Source: Verrucomicrobiia bacterium (GTDB lineage Bacteria; Verrucomicrobiota; Verrucomicrobiia; Limisphaerales; JADJPG01). Taken from it: 64,000 nt of DNA. Shown one piece after another: positions 1-9,400 of the stretch (its first letter is position 1; each line of letters starts with the position of its first letter). The notes under the pieces are model-generated. The model was not told where the DNA came from. It saw only the letters and a list, made by a program, of their open reading frames with translations, and searched no databases. Where the stretch lies: assembly GCA_035577805.1 (NCBI GenBank), contig DATLUX010000500.1, positions 19,643 through 83,642 of the forward strand, written 5' to 3'. Made by a program: the position numbers and the translations under genes.

Positions 1-303
1 CGCTACGATCCGGATCTGCGGCGGGTGACGCGCGCCATGTGCGGCGCCGGCAAGCCCGTCGGCTGCCTTTGCCACGGCATCGAAATCCTGACGGCAGCCG
101 ACTGCATCCGGGGCAAGCGAGTCACGACCGTGCCGAAATGCGCGATGGACGCGGAGCAAGGCGGCGCCATTTATGTGAACGAGCCGGTCGTCGTCGATGG
201 CATGCTGGTGACGGCGCGTGGCTATCAGGATAACGCCGGCCTCTTGCGGGAGTTTATCCGCCTGCTGCGGGCGGCTGCGCCATTGCCGCCGCTGAAAACT
301 TGA
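1..303 (+). CDS. DJ-1/PfpI family protein, C-terminal fragment (5' end lies outside the window)
   Basis: Frame 1 is open from base 1 to TGA at 301-303. 'GKPVGCLCHGIEILTAA...VVDGMLVTARGYQDNAGLLREF' shows the nucleophile-elbow Cys-His (CHG) and C-terminal pattern of PfpI/DJ-1 proteins. Confidence 0.7.
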   Translation, partial: RYDPDLRRVTRAMCGAGKPVGCLCHGIEILTAADCIRGKRVTTVPKCAMDAEQGGAIYVNEPVVVDGMLVTARGYQDNAGLLREFIRLLRAAAPLPPLKT

Positions 304-1619
304 AGCAAAGCACGCAAACGCAGCCGAAGACGCCCCCGGGGTTGTCTCGATTCCAGAAGGGTTGCGTCTTGGGCGCGGTCTTCCTCGGGTGGATGGGCGC
401 CGGGATCGAGATGTCCCTGATGATCCCCACGACGCGGCCGGCCATTCAAGCGATGATCGGACAGCATTCGGCCGCCATTGAAGTGACGGCCGACCAATGG
501 TTGTCCTGGTTCGTAGCGGCTTTTCTTCTCGGCGCGGCGGCCGGGGGTCTGTTGTTTGGGTGGTTGGGCGATCGCGTGGGCCGAGTGCGCGCCATGGCTT
601 CGAGCATCATTTGTTATTCATTGATCACAGGGCTTGGTTATTTTGCGGACACGCCCGAGCAGTTGCTGGTGTTACGATTTGTGGCCTGCTTGGGCATTGG
701 GGGCATGTGGCCGACCGGCGTGGCCCTGGTCAGCGAGGCGTGGCCGGGACTCTCGCGTCCGATGATGGCCGGATTGATCGGGACCGCTGCCAATGTGGGC
801 TTTCTCCTTTTAGGTGTGGTGATGTTTTATCATCCGATCACGCCGGCTTCCTGGCGTTGGGTGATGTTGTTGGGCGCCGCACCGACTGTGCTGGGGGTCG
901 GCATTTGGTTGGCTCTTCCGGAATCACCCGAATGGCTGGTGTTACGCGAAGGCGAGCAGACGGGCCGACGGAATTCAGGGCCAGCACCCGTTCGGGAAGT
1001 TTTCCAGGTTCCCTGGCGGCGCCTGACCTTGATGGGGATCTGGCTGGGCACGATCCCGCTTTTGGGCGGCTGGGCCTCCGGGCAACGACTGGTGCCATGG
1101 GCCGGGCAAGTGGCCGAGCGCGCGGCCTTGGGCGACTTGAAAGCCACGACCCAAACGGTGTGGTCTTGCGGTGCGGTCCTGGGATCGCTCCTGGGTGGTT
1201 GGGTCGCCAGCAAGATCGGGCGCCGGCTAAGTTACGGCTTGATCAGCGCGGGCTCCCTGGGATTAAGCGTCTACATCTTCGTCGGCTTAAGACCCGGCCA
1301 CTCGCTGTTTCTCCCGGCGGCCTTCGGGTTGGGTCTGGTCTCCACGATGTTTTTCGGTTGGTTGCCCTACTTTCTGCCGGAGTTATTTCCCACCCGGATT
1401 CGAGCCACGGGCATGGGGGTCTCTTTCAACTTCGGGCGCATCCTCTCGGCCGTCGCGCTGTTATCTACCACATCCTTGAGCAGGTGGTTTGGCGGTGACA
1501 TTGCCAAGATGGGCGCGGTGACCAGCCTGATCTACGCCGCAGGGCTCGTGCTGGCCTTCGCCATTCCCAGGCCGGAACAATTACCGCACACAGATGCCTC
1601 GCACGGGTCTGACACCTGA
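300..1619 (+). CDS. MFS transporter
   Basis: 439-aa ORF with a TTG start overlapping the upstream stop (TTGA). Multiple hydrophobic helices in two halves. MFS loop 2-3 signature-like 'GWLGDRVGRVRAM', repeated in the second half as 'GGWVASKIGRR'. Confidence 0.8.
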   Translation: MKQSTQTQPKTPPGLSRFQKGCVLGAVFLGWMGAGIEMSLMIPTTRPAIQAMIGQHSAAIEVTADQWLSWFVAAFLLGAAAGGLLFGWLGDRVGRVRAMASSIICYSLITGLGYFADTPEQLLVLRFVACLGIGGMWPTGVALVSEAWPGLSRPMMAGLIGTAANVGFLLLGVVMFYHPITPASWRWVMLLGAAPTVLGVGIWLALPESPEWLVLREGEQTGRRNSGPAPVREVFQVPWRRLTLMGIWLGTIPLLGGWASGQRLVPWAGQVAERAALGDLKATTQTVWSCGAVLGSLLGGWVASKIGRRLSYGLISAGSLGLSVYIFVGLRPGHSLFLPAAFGLGLVSTMFFGWLPYFLPELFPTRIRATGMGVSFNFGRILSAVALLSTTSLSRWFGGDIAKMGAVTSLIYAAGLVLAFAIPRPEQLPHTDASHGSDT

Positions 1620-1659
1620 TCGACCCTGACCGGCCAACCGGTAAGTGCGACCTTCGGCC

Positions 1660-1708
1660 GAAAAAAACTAACTAAAGGCCGCGAGCGTCATTGGACGCCC
1701 GCGGCCTT
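1660..1708 (-). terminator. Rho-independent terminator for the minus-strand gene 1766-2572 (possibly bidirectional)
   Basis: Stem AAGGCCGCG (1675-1683) pairs with CGCGGCCTT (1700-1708). On the minus strand it is followed by TTTAGTTAGTTTTTTT (A-run 1661-1667 on plus). It lies between convergent genes. Confidence 0.5.
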
Positions 1709-1765
1709 GTGCGGGTTGGCCAGGTTGCGGGGCCTTTGCAGGTCCCTGCTTAAAGCTGGTGCTAG

Positions 1766-2572
1766 TTAGTCATTGCAGCTGGTCTGGTGGATTTGCAGAT
1801 TGCCCGTGCTGATGGTCGCCGGGGCGTCTTCGCTGGCGCCGATTTGCATCAGAATGCTGGCACCGTCCGTAACGCTCAGGAAGAGCATGTCGCTTCCGCC
1901 GCCCGATTCCGAGTTGTCAATCGCAAGACCGACGAAGGACACCGGTACGTCCGGACTGTCCTGGCCGTTCAGCTTGATCACTCCCTCGCCATGGAATCGG
2001 ATGACGTTGACGGTGACTTTAGGAGACCGGGTCGGCACGCCTCTGCAGAAGTCGACGATGATATGCTGCCCCTGGAAATGCAGATTAGTGAAGTGGTCCA
2101 CCACATTCCAGTTCCCGCCATCGGCGGCCTTGGGACTGCACCCCGGATAAACGACTCCACCGAAGCTGTAGTTGGGCGTGCCCTTGGTCTTGTCGATGGT
2201 GCCACCGCCCGTCAGCCAGCAGGGGCCGGGAGGCGGCGGGGTGGAACAGAAGTCCCCACCGAGTTGAAACTCCAGCAGCGGCGGAGCGTCGCTGGTCACT
2301 TTAATCTTTTGGCAAGCCTGGTTGAGGGTCGCACCAGGAGGAAGCGTCGTCGTGTCCACGCAAACGGTGAAAGTGCCGAAGCCTCCCACATCGATGACTG
2401 CTGTGCCGAGGTTATCCGTCTCGACGCAGCCCACGCCAGTGACGCAGATCTTAATTCCGCTGGCGGTTTTGTCGTTCGGACAAGCCACTCGTAATGGAAG
2501 GAAACAAGCGCTGGCCGTCAGGCCGGACAAGCCCAAGGCGAGCAAGCCGGACAGGTAGATCTTTGAATTCAT
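1766..2572 (-). CDS. Secreted Cys-rich hypothetical protein
   Basis: The ORF 1766-2689 has an internal ATG (2570-2572) giving 'MNSKIYLSGLLALGLSGLTASA', a signal peptide. An AT-rich stretch with a TATACT-like -10 lies just upstream. There are many Cys and no family I recognise. The region looks more AT-rich than its flanks. Confidence 0.6.
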   Translation of the reverse strand: MNSKIYLSGLLALGLSGLTASACFLPLRVACPNDKTASGIKICVTGVGCVETDNLGTAVIDVGGFGTFTVCVDTTTLPPGATLNQACQKIKVTSDAPPLLEFQLGGDFCSTPPPPGPCWLTGGGTIDKTKGTPNYSFGGVVYPGCSPKAADGGNWNVVDHFTNLHFQGQHIIVDFCRGVPTRSPKVTVNVIRFHGEGVIKLNGQDSPDVPVSFVGLAIDNSESGGGSDMLFLSVTDGASILMQIGASEDAPATISTGNLQIHQTSCND

Positions 2573-2849
2573 ATTGTTTATGTGTAGTATACTTTTGATT
2601 AGTTGGTTTGTGGTTTTCCCCGTCCTTGAATCCCAAGGAGCAGACGCGTTCATCGCGTGCTCAGTGGGAAGTGTGCCGGAGCTTAGCACTCATAGGCCGC
2701 AATGTGAAGCACAAAACGAAAGAAAGTGCGCGCCGTTCGGCGGTACCACATTTCAGCAGGTAAACTCCAGCGAAGGATGCGGGGGCTGTTCGGGTGATTC
2801 GGCTGATCCGGCTCCCTGCCTTCGTTTGTCAAATAGTGCCGCTACGGGC

Positions 2850-4082
2850 TTACCCGGTTTTCAATCTTGGCATGAGACGCTTACGAAGAACGAGGGTGAT
2901 GGCCTTCAGCGTCACTTCAATGAAGAAGAAGGGTTTGGCAATAAAGTCAGTGCCGCCGCAGACCGTGGCCTTGGCCCGGTTCTTGAAATCAGTCAAGCAG
3001 GTTACAAACAGAACGGGTGTGTTCTGGTTGGTGGGAAAGCTCCGAATCCTCGCGCAAAGTTCAAAGCCATCGAAGGCGGGCATTTGGATGTCGAGGATGA
3101 TCAAGTCGTACTCCTCTTCACCCACCAGTCTGAAGGCGGACACGGAGTCCTCCAGGCCGGTGGATTTGAGATTTCCTTTCTCAAGCGCATGCATGATGGC
3201 ACGGCGTGAAAGAATCTCGTCATCGACCACCAGGATGTTGGGCGCAGGCAAATCGCCGCAACGCGGCTCACAAAGATTAAGCAGTTCCCCAATGAAATCG
3301 ACGGATTGCGCGACGGTGCGCAGGGTGGAGACATTGATGTGACTAGGCTGTTCATGAAGCTCCTTGAGGAGCACTTCGAGAGCGGACGAAATTTGGGCGA
3401 TATCGGCGAAGTTGGCGAGGCTGGCACGGGCAGTCAGAGCGTGAACCTTGCGATAAAGGTCAAGCACGTGCCGGTCACGAATCGCATCGTCGCTCGTCTC
3501 CATGAACTGTTGAAGAACGGCACGTAACTCGGCGATGGTCTCGGGCTTGCTCGAAATAAATGCGCGGTAAAGCTCAGAATCAAAAACGGGCAGGGGCGGG
3601 CTGCCAGGAACCTCGCCTGGCTTGCGCAATCGTTCGTGCCTGGAGGTTTTTGGCGCGAGCCCGGCGCCGCTTGAGCCTCTCAGGCCGGTGGCGAAAGGGT
3701 CGGCGCCGCGGCTTTGTCCATGAATAAGGAAATAGAAACAATCGAGCAGTTGCTTGGGCGTGAGCGTGGCTTTGTTGTAGACGTGGGATGCTCCGGCCGC
3801 AATGGCCTCTTGAATCATGTTGGGCAGATACGCATTGGTAAAAACCACCACGGGCATCGAGGCAAATCTGCTTTGACCCCGAATCTTCTTAAGGAACTCA
3901 ATCCCGTTCATCTTGGGCAGCATTAAATCGAGCAGGATCGCGTCAGGATTCATCTCCTGCACACGGTCCAAGCCGCTCTGTCCATCATGGCAGGTCTCCA
4001 CCGCGTAGGTCTCGTTTTCGAGACGGGTGCGATAGATGTGCGCAATGACAGGATCATCTTCAATGATTAAGATTCTCTTCAT
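2850..4082 (-). CDS. Response regulator with REC-Hpt-REC architecture
   Basis: N-terminal receiver: 'ILIIEDDP...AILLDLMLPKMNG...VVVFTN...YNKA'. Central four-helix Hpt-like segment: 'LDLYRKVHALTARASLANFADIAQISSALEVLLKEL'. C-terminal receiver: 'ILVVDDE...DLIILDIQMPAFDG...FVTC...FIAKPF'. Phospho-acceptor Asp and conserved Lys are present in both receivers. Confidence 0.85.
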   Translation of the reverse strand: MKRILIIEDDPVIAHIYRTRLENETYAVETCHDGQSGLDRVQEMNPDAILLDLMLPKMNGIEFLKKIRGQSRFASMPVVVFTNAYLPNMIQEAIAAGASHVYNKATLTPKQLLDCFYFLIHGQSRGADPFATGLRGSSGAGLAPKTSRHERLRKPGEVPGSPPLPVFDSELYRAFISSKPETIAELRAVLQQFMETSDDAIRDRHVLDLYRKVHALTARASLANFADIAQISSALEVLLKELHEQPSHINVSTLRTVAQSVDFIGELLNLCEPRCGDLPAPNILVVDDEILSRRAIMHALEKGNLKSTGLEDSVSAFRLVGEEEYDLIILDIQMPAFDGFELCARIRSFPTNQNTPVLFVTCLTDFKNRAKATVCGGTDFIAKPFFFIEVTLKAITLVLRKRLMPRLKTG

Positions 4083-4092
4083 GGGCGGCGCA

Positions 4093-4118
4093 GGTGGCGA
4101 GGTGGCGAGGTGGCGAGG
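4093..4118. repeat. (GGTGGCGA)x3 octamer tandem repeat
   Basis: Perfect copies at 4093-4100, 4101-4108 and 4109-4116, about 11 nt upstream of the REC-Hpt-REC start codon. Confidence 0.9.
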
Positions 4119-4145
4119 GCGATGGGATTACGACCAAAGACGCGG

Positions 4146-4438
4146 TTAAGGAGAGACCTGGAGGCTGGCGCTTGCTTGCATTACACATTGCAGCAGACTG
4201 TCCAGCTCTGGCTTATGGCACACGCCGAACACGCCATGATCCGGCGCTTTCTGAAGAATCTGCCGGGATCGCTGCGACGTAGGCACGATAATCCTGAAGG
4301 ACCGCATCCGTTCACGAACTCCGCGAGAATCTGAGCTATTGTCGTCGTTGCTCGGCATAACACCAGCGCCGCCTGCCTTAAATCTTCATCGGCTGCGGCA
4401 TTCCTTCGCATGAGCAGTATTTGAGTGGCCTTTGGCTT
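4146..4438 (-). pseudogene. Decayed single-domain response-regulator (receiver) remnant
   Basis: Two minus-strand frames together give receiver pieces. Frame A gives 'KPKATQILLMRRNAAADEDLRQAAL', a beta1-alpha1 with the acidic pair replaced by RR and no upstream ATG. Frame B gives 'RIIVPTSQRSRQILQKAPDHGVFGVCHKPELDSLLQCV', a beta4-alpha4-beta5 with Thr/Ser and Lys retained. The beta3 phospho-acceptor segment is missing and a frameshift is required. Confidence 0.4.
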
Positions 4439-4528
4439 CTATGGGGAAGACGACCGCGCGCGGGCCTTGCATTTTGCACTACGCCCAAGTTAAATCTGCA
4501 TCAACCATTTCCGCAAGATCGCACGGGT

Positions 4529-4570
4529 TTTCCGCTTTCCGCTTTCCGCTTTCCGCTTTCCGCCTTCCGC
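4529..4570 (-). repeat. Heptamer tandem array, GCGGAAA x5 plus one variant (read on the minus strand)
   Basis: Plus strand reads TTTCCGC at 4529, 4536, 4543, 4550 and 4557, then CTTCCGC at 4564. The array ends 9 nt past the TAG stop (4580-4582) of the minus gene, in that gene's sense. Confidence 0.95.
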
Positions 4571-4579
4571 TTTTCACCA

Positions 4580-5401
4580 CTATTCCTCGACGCGAGTTGC
4601 TTCCCAAGCACGGGTGCGGATCTCGCGACCGGTGTCCGTTTCAATCTGGCCCTTGAGTGTATCTCCCTCGATTTTGCCTCGGTAGGAAGTGGTAGTCTTT
4701 TCGCCATCGCGTTCGCGGATGGTCTGGAAAGAGAACTCGCGGATATGGAAGCGGCCATGTTTGAGCTCGAGATCGTGTCCGGCGAAGGTGACTTTCCCGA
4801 TTACTTTTTCGCCCTCGAGTTTAAAGGTGCCTTTGGTATCCGGACCGCGGGTGCGCGTTCCTGGAGGAGGTCGGCGGCCCGAGACCCAGCGCCAGACACC
4901 TGTCGGGGAATCAGGTTCCCGCTGGGCCTGCCAGTCGTAGCGTTGCATCACGCCATTCCAATCGGATTCGATGAAGCCGGATAAAGTTTCACCAACCAGC
5001 TTCCCTTGATAGTGAGTGGTAACTTTGCGGCCTTCATGTTCTCGGACCACAGTCCATTGCACAGTGTCGCCTTGGATTTTGCCATCGAGGATGGGCGCTT
5101 CCTGTCCGGCGCGGAGGAGGGTGATCCCGGTGAGGGTATCGCCTTTTTGTTTGAGTTTAGCTTTGGGCTCGATGCGGGAGCCATCGCGCATGGTGAAGAG
5201 CCACTTCCAGTTGCCATCCAGAGTAGCGCGCTCGGGAGCCTCCGCACCAGCCACTGGCGGGACTGAAGTCCAGAGCAAGGTCAGGAAAAGGCAAAGGCCG
5301 ATCCTGAGAGCCGACCGGCGGGGTGCCGGAAGGTCGCGGCGGCAGGCCGGCGTCGGGAAGAGCAGTCGGCGACCTGGCTGGGGCAACGCTTTCACTCTCA
5401 T
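4580..5401 (-). CDS. Secreted hypothetical protein with internal beta-rich repeats
   Basis: 273-aa ORF. Arg-rich N-region followed by 'IGLCLFLTLLWTSVPPVAGA', a signal peptide. Recurring 'G(K/E)xxGDTL(T/S/K)G' segments. No recognised family. Confidence 0.6.
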   Translation of the reverse strand: MRVKALPQPGRRLLFPTPACRRDLPAPRRSALRIGLCLFLTLLWTSVPPVAGAEAPERATLDGNWKWLFTMRDGSRIEPKAKLKQKGDTLTGITLLRAGQEAPILDGKIQGDTVQWTVVREHEGRKVTTHYQGKLVGETLSGFIESDWNGVMQRYDWQAQREPDSPTGVWRWVSGRRPPPGTRTRGPDTKGTFKLEGEKVIGKVTFAGHDLELKHGRFHIREFSFQTIRERDGEKTTTSYRGKIEGDTLKGQIETDTGREIRTRAWEATRVEE

Positions 5402-5433
5402 AGAAGACAGAAGATCGTGGTGGAGATCAGGGT

Positions 5434-8400
5434 TTAGGGACTCATGCCTCGCGCCGGCACGGTAAATCGCAGCGAAATCTTCTCTTCGTTGCGCAAGTTC
5501 CGTCCGCTATAGCGCAATTCAATTTCGTCGCGGCGATCAACGATGGTAACCCAGCCGAACGCACCTTCGCCCTTCTGGAAATTGACCTTATACACCCCCT
5601 GGCTGTAGGGGCCTCCTTTCAGGGAGGCCTGTTGATCGAGCGGCGCGCCGCACATGACCGGAATCGGCGCTCCGCCGCCGGTCGCATAGTCGCTGTTACT
5701 TCCGTCGTCCGCGGCCAGCATATGGGAGTCGCCATGGAGAATACAGACGCCCTGGATGTGATTGCTTTTGATGAAGTCAGCGATCTCGCGTCGTTCGGTG
5801 GAATACACGCTCCACTGATCCTCCTCGCTGCCCGGCGGCCGGCTCCGGCGGGCGGCCCGCGGGTCGGGAACATTCGTCACGGTGGTGTGATGCAAATACC
5901 CGAAGACATTGGTGGCGACCCGATAGTAATTCGAGCCTTTGGTTCCGATCCAGGGCACCGAACTGACCCAGCAAATCAACGGATAATGTCCATTGGCCGA
6001 AAGCAATTCGTTCTTGAACCATTCCTTTTGTTGGTCGCCCATCATGGACTTTTTGGCGTCATCGCGGTTGGTGGACGGATCCCGCTCGGAACGCAGGTCG
6101 GTGACGATGAACTTCACGCGTCCGACGCTGAAGGACTGGTAGATCGGCCCCGTGTCACCGGCCAGCAGCGGATAATGCGGGACATACTCGTCGTAGGCGC
6201 GGCGGGCCACATCATGAGAACCGGCCCGGCGATTGGCGTTGTTGCCCCCAAAGTCGTGATCGTCCCAGACATAAACGATGGGCGCGCTGCGGTAGAGGTC
6301 GCCCTGTTCAGGCGAGAACAAGACCCGATCGTAGGCGGCGTGAAAACGGGCCAGATCATTGGTTTGAATGTTTTCGTAGTGAAAATCCCCTGTATGCAAG
6401 AAGAACAGCGGATGGTTTTCGCGGATGGTATCGAAGACGCCGCTGGTCGATGCCGTGCGCGCGCAAGAAGCGTAGGCAAAGCTGAAGGAAGCCGGGCCCA
6501 CCGGGAACGTGCGGAACTGACCACGCCGCACCCGATCCAGCCGACCCCCTACTTCGAGAGCATAATGATAGAGAGTATCCGGGCGAAGTTGTTCCAACTG
6601 GAACGCCACGACGTCGTTTTGGTTGGTCTCAGAACGCATCGGCACCGTATAAACCGGGCTGGTCAATAACGGGCTGGTGCTGAGCGCGAGCCGAGCCTCC
6701 AGCCCGGCCCGGGCCAGACGCGCCTTGACCACAGCGGATGTCGGAGTCACCGCCCCCGCCCAGGGCCCGCGCGCGACCTGAGAGTACTCCACTCCCAGTT
6801 GATCAAACAGGAACGAATAAATATCGACCAGCTTCGCCAACCGTTCGGCGAAGCCGTGCCTCCCGGCAGCCCCGTCCGAATCGCCTGCCCGCAACAGCAC
6901 CGGATGTCGCGACGAGGATGCGGTCTGCAACCGCGCCACCATCTTGCGAGAATCCAAATCCGCTTCCTCCCCCGGCATCAGCAGAACGCCAGGATACGCA
7001 GTCCGGTTGACCACATGATGATACGGCGAGTAGGCGTGCAACGCGCGAAACTGATCCAATTGAGCCGTGCTCCCGAATTCACCGGTCCGGTAGGCACCCT
7101 CCGGTTCCAGTTCGGCCCGGAGCAGGTCAAATTCCCCCGCCTGGGTGACAACCGCCCGGAACAGGTCAGGCCGTTGCGTCAGCGCCGCCCCCATCAACGG
7201 TCCGGGTTCGCCCACGTCCTGGATGGCAAGTTTGCCTGGGTTGGTGTAGTTGGATCGGATGAGAAACTCGGCGCAGGCAATGAAATCATCAAACGCGCTT
7301 TGTTTGTTCGTGAGACTGCCGGCCCAATGCCACGATTCGCCGTACTCCCCGCCCCCGCGCACGTTGGCCACCGCGATCAGGCCGCCTTGATCCAGCCAAA
7401 CCCGGCGGGTGAAATCGAAGCCGGGCGCCAAACTCACCCCGAACCCGCTGGCACCCGTCAACAAAGTGGGATTATCGCCAGTGAGCCGGATTCCTTTGCG
7501 CCGGACGATGCTCATCGGCACCCGGGTGCCGTCCTTCGAAGTCGCAAAGACCCGCAGCGTTTCCACGTCGGAAAAGCTGACCGCGGAGAGTGTCCCGAAC
7601 GGGGTGATGCCGATGCGGGTCCGATTTCGGATGGGGTCATAGCTCCACCACGCGGGAGGGTGCGCGTAGCGGCTCACTCGGAACAACAGCAGATCGCCCC
7701 CCACACACAACGCTTCCTGCACGGCGAGCAGGCCCGGCAATTCCACCTTCCATTCCTGCCGCGCGCCGCGCTCCGACTCCCGCCGCCACCCGCCGCGCGC
7801 CGCCGGCTCGGGAGTCTCCTCTGCCAACTCCTCCGAATCCTTCGCCTCCGCCTCATCCTTGTCTTCCTTCTCCTCGTCGCCCGTCATCTCATCATCCTTG
7901 GTGTCGCGAGGTTCGGCCTTGGCGTAGAAATCATGGAAATGGGTTTCGGTGGGGCCGCCATCGACGTACTGGATGAACAAACCGGAGGCGGTCAGGACAA
8001 AATTTTGAATGGGTTTCTCGCTTTCCTTGACGATCTCATGCGCGTGCGAGAAGTCAGGTTGAGCCAAAGGCGTTTTCAGAATTCGCCCGTGCGTCGCTGG
8101 CTTGAAGGAAAGGAAATAGAGGAACGGATCGGCGGGCCATTCGATGTATAAGGGGTCGTGCCCGAAGTCCACCTGCGTCACTCCATCCTCAAACCCGGCC
8201 AGGGAACGCCAGTGGCCCGACGGCAGCCGCAACCAATGCGCCGTGGCGCCGCCTCGGCCATGGGCGACGGACGCCAGCAAATGCTGCCGGTCAGGGGCCG
8301 TCTTCAGTTTGATCTGGGCGATGCGCGGCCAGTCCCGCCCAGCCTCATAACGATCCTCGGCTTCAGACGTGCCGAGACGATGATAGTAGACCTGCGGAAA

Positions 8401-9120
8401 CAAGCGCAGCTCGGATTCCGGCCGTTCGCCGACCCGCGGATAGCGAGTGTAATAGAAGCCTTGTTCGTCCCACGCCACGCTCCCGCCGCCACCAGGAAAG
8501 GAAACCCGCGAGATCACATCCGAATGCCGGTGGCCGGTTCCCCCGTCGTAAACAGTCAAGGTCCCTCCCGCCACTCCCGGCTCGCTCAAACAAACGGCCA
8601 CCAGCTTGCCATCGAGTGACGGCTGAAAAAACTCGATGCGCGTGGTTCCGTTGGTGTCGAGTTGGTTTGGGTTCAGAACGAACTCGGAAGCTCGCGTGCT
8701 CAGGGATACAATCCGTACCAACGCCGCCTGAGACGCGGGCGGCTTCAGGCGCAAGCAGTAAATCACACCTCCTCCCGCCCGCGCACCGTAGTAATCCGAG
8801 GAAGCGTGCTCGAAGAGTTCTTCGATCCGTTCCTCGATCGCCGAACGAGCCGGCAATCGATCCAGGTAAGCCCGAGCCATGAGATGCTGTGTCTGCGTCC
8901 AGCTTTGCACCTCCGCATTCGTTTCGTCCTCCAACCATTGATAGTCATCCGCCACGACCACGCCATGATAGTTGGTGAGGGCGGGTTTTCGCGCGGCCTT
9001 AGCCGGACCGGCCTCCGCGCAGCCGGCCATGAAAAGAAGGCAACCGAGCCCAAGCATCTCCACCAGTCGACAGGACCACCTCCAGCCAAAACCACGGGAC
9101 TGATAGGGGCGCCCAGACAT
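5434..9120 (-). CDS. Lipoprotein fusing a prolyl-oligopeptidase-like (S9A) region lacking the nucleophile Ser to a PhoD-like metallophosphatase
   Basis: Likely start is ATG 9118-9120, giving 'MSGRPYQSRGF...LLFMAGC' (lipobox). S9A N-terminus: 'DDYQWLEDETNAEVQSW'. Hydrolase core: 'VRGGGEYGESWHWAGSLTNKQSAFDDFIACAEFL'. C-terminal PhoD-like motifs: 'FLHTGDFHYE' and 'VYVWDDHDFGGNN'. The ORF could extend to 9240. Confidence 0.8.
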   Translation of the reverse strand: MSGRPYQSRGFGWRWSCRLVEMLGLGCLLFMAGCAEAGPAKAARKPALTNYHGVVVADDYQWLEDETNAEVQSWTQTQHLMARAYLDRLPARSAIEERIEELFEHASSDYYGARAGGGVIYCLRLKPPASQAALVRIVSLSTRASEFVLNPNQLDTNGTTRIEFFQPSLDGKLVAVCLSEPGVAGGTLTVYDGGTGHRHSDVISRVSFPGGGGSVAWDEQGFYYTRYPRVGERPESELRLFPQVYYHRLGTSEAEDRYEAGRDWPRIAQIKLKTAPDRQHLLASVAHGRGGATAHWLRLPSGHWRSLAGFEDGVTQVDFGHDPLYIEWPADPFLYFLSFKPATHGRILKTPLAQPDFSHAHEIVKESEKPIQNFVLTASGLFIQYVDGGPTETHFHDFYAKAEPRDTKDDEMTGDEEKEDKDEAEAKDSEELAEETPEPAARGGWRRESERGARQEWKVELPGLLAVQEALCVGGDLLLFRVSRYAHPPAWWSYDPIRNRTRIGITPFGTLSAVSFSDVETLRVFATSKDGTRVPMSIVRRKGIRLTGDNPTLLTGASGFGVSLAPGFDFTRRVWLDQGGLIAVANVRGGGEYGESWHWAGSLTNKQSAFDDFIACAEFLIRSNYTNPGKLAIQDVGEPGPLMGAALTQRPDLFRAVVTQAGEFDLLRAELEPEGAYRTGEFGSTAQLDQFRALHAYSPYHHVVNRTAYPGVLLMPGEEADLDSRKMVARLQTASSSRHPVLLRAGDSDGAAGRHGFAERLAKLVDIYSFLFDQLGVEYSQVARGPWAGAVTPTSAVVKARLARAGLEARLALSTSPLLTSPVYTVPMRSETNQNDVVAFQLEQLRPDTLYHYALEVGGRLDRVRRGQFRTFPVGPASFSFAYASCARTASTSGVFDTIRENHPLFFLHTGDFHYENIQTNDLARFHAAYDRVLFSPEQGDLYRSAPIVYVWDDHDFGGNNANRRAGSHDVARRAYDEYVPHYPLLAGDTGPIYQSFSVGRVKFIVTDLRSERDPSTNRDDAKKSMMGDQQKEWFKNELLSANGHYPLICWVSSVPWIGTKGSNYYRVATNVFGYLHHTTVTNVPDPRAARRSRPPGSEEDQWSVYSTERREIADFIKSNHIQGVCILHGDSHMLAADDGSNSDYATGGGAPIPVMCGAPLDQQASLKGGPYSQGVYKVNFQKGEGAFGWVTIVDRRDEIELRYSGRNLRNEEKISLRFTVPARGMSP

Positions 9121-9264
9121 TGTTGAGCGGAGCATGCACCGCGGGCCCGCGGTTGCACAGTTTCTTTTGTGTAAAGTCAAGTTGGCACTCGACCAGCCTC
9201 GGCGGTCTGCCGTAAGAATTTGTGGCCATGATCCCAACACCTCCCCAGGAACCGTGGGGGAAAA

Positions 9265-9299
9265 GCGGAAAGCGGAAAGCGGAAAGCGGAAAGCGGAAA
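9265..9299 (+). repeat. (GCGGAAA)x5 heptamer tandem array
   Basis: Perfect units start at 9265, 9272, 9279, 9286 and 9293. They lie in the divergent intergenic region, sense with the downstream CotH gene. Confidence 0.95.
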
Positions 9300-9400
9300 C
9301 ACGGGGGCGTCTTCGGGAACGAAGGGTTCAAGGTCCCAATGCGTGTGCAAAAGCAGATGGAGGCTCTCCATGAACCGACCCTCAGGTAGTAGCAGCCGAC

